DNA of 64,000 nucleotides from Octopus sinensis (taxonomy: Eukaryota): contig NW_021834239.1 in the NCBI RefSeq assembly GCF_006345805.1, positions 6,693 to 70,692 on the forward strand, in the 5' to 3' direction. Shown here in pieces: positions 62,015-64,000 of the stretch (position 1 is the first letter of the stretch; each line of letters opens with the position of its first letter). The position numbers and the translations under genes were made by a program. Below the pieces are notes generated by a model, which did not search any database, was not told the DNA's origin, and saw only the letters and a list, made by a program, of their open reading frames with translations.

Positions 62015-63180
62015 ATATATATATATATATTAATTTCTATATTCTTATACATATGTGCTTATCTTGTTTATCTTCTGACTACATTTAGTTATATGTACTT
62101 ATGTGTATGCATGTGAGTGTGCGTGTCCGTGTGTGTTTATGTGTGTCCATGAGTGTGTGGTGTGTGTGTGTGTGTGGTGTGTGTGTGTAGGATAAATCCC
62201 AGCCCTTCGTTTGTGAAGTACATCTGATTTTTCCATCATTGCAATTAATATGTATCCATTATTACTGTTGTATGTAAATCAAAATACCCATTAACATTGA
62301 GGATCATGGAAATATTATGTGAAGAATCGTTGAATAAAGAAAAGAGGAGAATCCATTTTGGGGGGTTTTATTTATTTTTCCCATTACACACGTTTCATTT
62401 CCTAATAGAAATTACAAAGATTTATATGTTTGTAGAGACACGTATGGAGATTCTTAATAGGGAAATCGTCGGAAAGACATTTTGTAATTAGAAAATAGAT
62501 TTGGATGGCGCGTTGATAGGCAAAGATATATATATATATATATATCTTTGCCTTTCAATGCTCCATCAGAATGTATTTTCTCATTACAAAATTTCTGTCT
62601 GGCGATTTCTAAATTAATATATATATACACGTATATATATAAATTGTGAAGGTAAAACATTAGAATATTTTATTGCCAGTGATTCGCTGCCTAATAAAAG
62701 TCATAAGACAGCATATTTCTTTATATATATGTATATATATATATATATAAGAGTGTATAAAGATTTATACACAGAGAGAAGATCCTTGACAGGACCCCTT
62801 ACATGCTATAGCTGGCAGTTAAACACAAATCCCGAAAAGAATAATTCTAAAGGCACGCCGATAAAGGCACTAGAATGAATAGAGACAAATAAATTATTAG
62901 TTAATCCCATACTCGAGTTTCCCTTCTAATCAGCAAATAAATTAGTTTGTCATCTGGTGTACATCAGCGGGATAATTAGGATCGCTAAAAGAATGCATAT
63001 TTATGTAGTGTTCATCCGCACAGAAAAGAACGTGCGAGCTCTATCTTTATACATCATGGATTCATATCATGCGTGTGAGCGCGGTCACATAGCTCAGCAG
63101 CAAATAAAATATTTAAACATTGCACCATATGGCCTCAGAATTAGAAAAATTTATATATAGAATCGAAATCGTGACACAGT

Positions 63181-63432
63181 CCGGAATCGAAATCGTGAGC
63201 TGAATACCTTAAACAATAAGACACGCATTTTCAGTGGTATAGATACATATATACACTCGTGCAAACATGGCTGTGTGGTAAGAAGTTTGCCTGACAGCAG
63301 CCAGTAACCGTATAGTTCGAGTTCAGTCCCACTCCATGGCATCTTTGTCAAGTGTCTTCTGCTATAGCATCGTATTCTCGAAGTCCTGTGACTCGACTTG
63401 GAGACAAATACTGGCAGGACTCCTTCGTATAT
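63181..63432. repeat. Inverted duplicate of 59085-59335
   Basis: Shares the inter-SINE spacer CTTAAACAATAAGACACGCATTTTCAGTGGTATAGATACATATATACACT and both flanking SINE heads. Confidence 0.88.
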
Positions 63433-64000
63433 ATATATATATATATATTATATAGTATTTTGTTTTTCTGGGAGTCCCTTTTTAAAGTAGAAGAAATACC
63501 TAATGTTTTTTGGCTGCTATTTCTAAACTTCGGTATGTGGTAAAGCAAATCTTTGCTGAACACTAATTATTAAGTATTAAGTTTACCGTGAAATGGTCTT
63601 TTTTCATGCCGAATTCTACTTGGTGAAATTATTGATTACTTCTTAATTAATTAATTTTACCCTTTGTTATTATATATATATATATATATATGTTGCTTGA
63701 AAATTTTAAGACAGATATCTCGAGGCATTGATACAGTCGCCTCGTATATATCCGTCTCTCCCAGGTTTCTTTTACTGATGAGTGTGACCTATGTAGACTA
63801 GCTTATTTAATTTAATTAGCTGGTCTATCATTAAATACCTGAAACGATGCATCGTAAAAGATGATTAGGTAAATGTTTTTTAAATTTTCACCTTATTTCC
63901 GAATTACACTACTTGGCGGTTGGAGTTATGCTGCTCTTTCTAGTGGACGAATGGCCTGTTTAGGCCATCCTAAATTGTTATATATATATATATATATATA

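Overview
AT-rich, repeat-saturated animal genomic DNA. The microsatellite load and the SINE/LINE/Penelope/mariner mix look like a coleoid cephalopod, probably Octopus (inference from pattern recall, not a search). No host protein-coding gene could be identified; one exon-like island (50350-50700) is unresolved. The main element is a near full-length Tx1-clade (L1 group) non-LTR retrotransposon on the minus strand (8003-13886), with a zinc-knuckle ORF1 and an APE-RT-CCHC ORF2 broken mainly by 1-bp indels. It sits inside a (GATA)n array, and two more 5'-truncated Tx1 3' ends are also associated with GATA arrays. An abundant tRNA-derived SINE shares its last ~50 nt with these Tx1 3' ends. At least eight hammerhead-ribozyme-like motifs from several repeat families can be folded by eye. 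One lies in a GIY-YIG Penelope remnant, and two lie on opposite strands of a ~467-bp near-perfect palindrome. Also present are RTE, CR1/L2-like and HERO-like LINE remnants, several Tc1/mariner derivatives, modular SINE families with TSDs, TA-array-centred inverted duplications and a dispersed inverted duplication. Coordinates were read by eye and may be off by a few bases.
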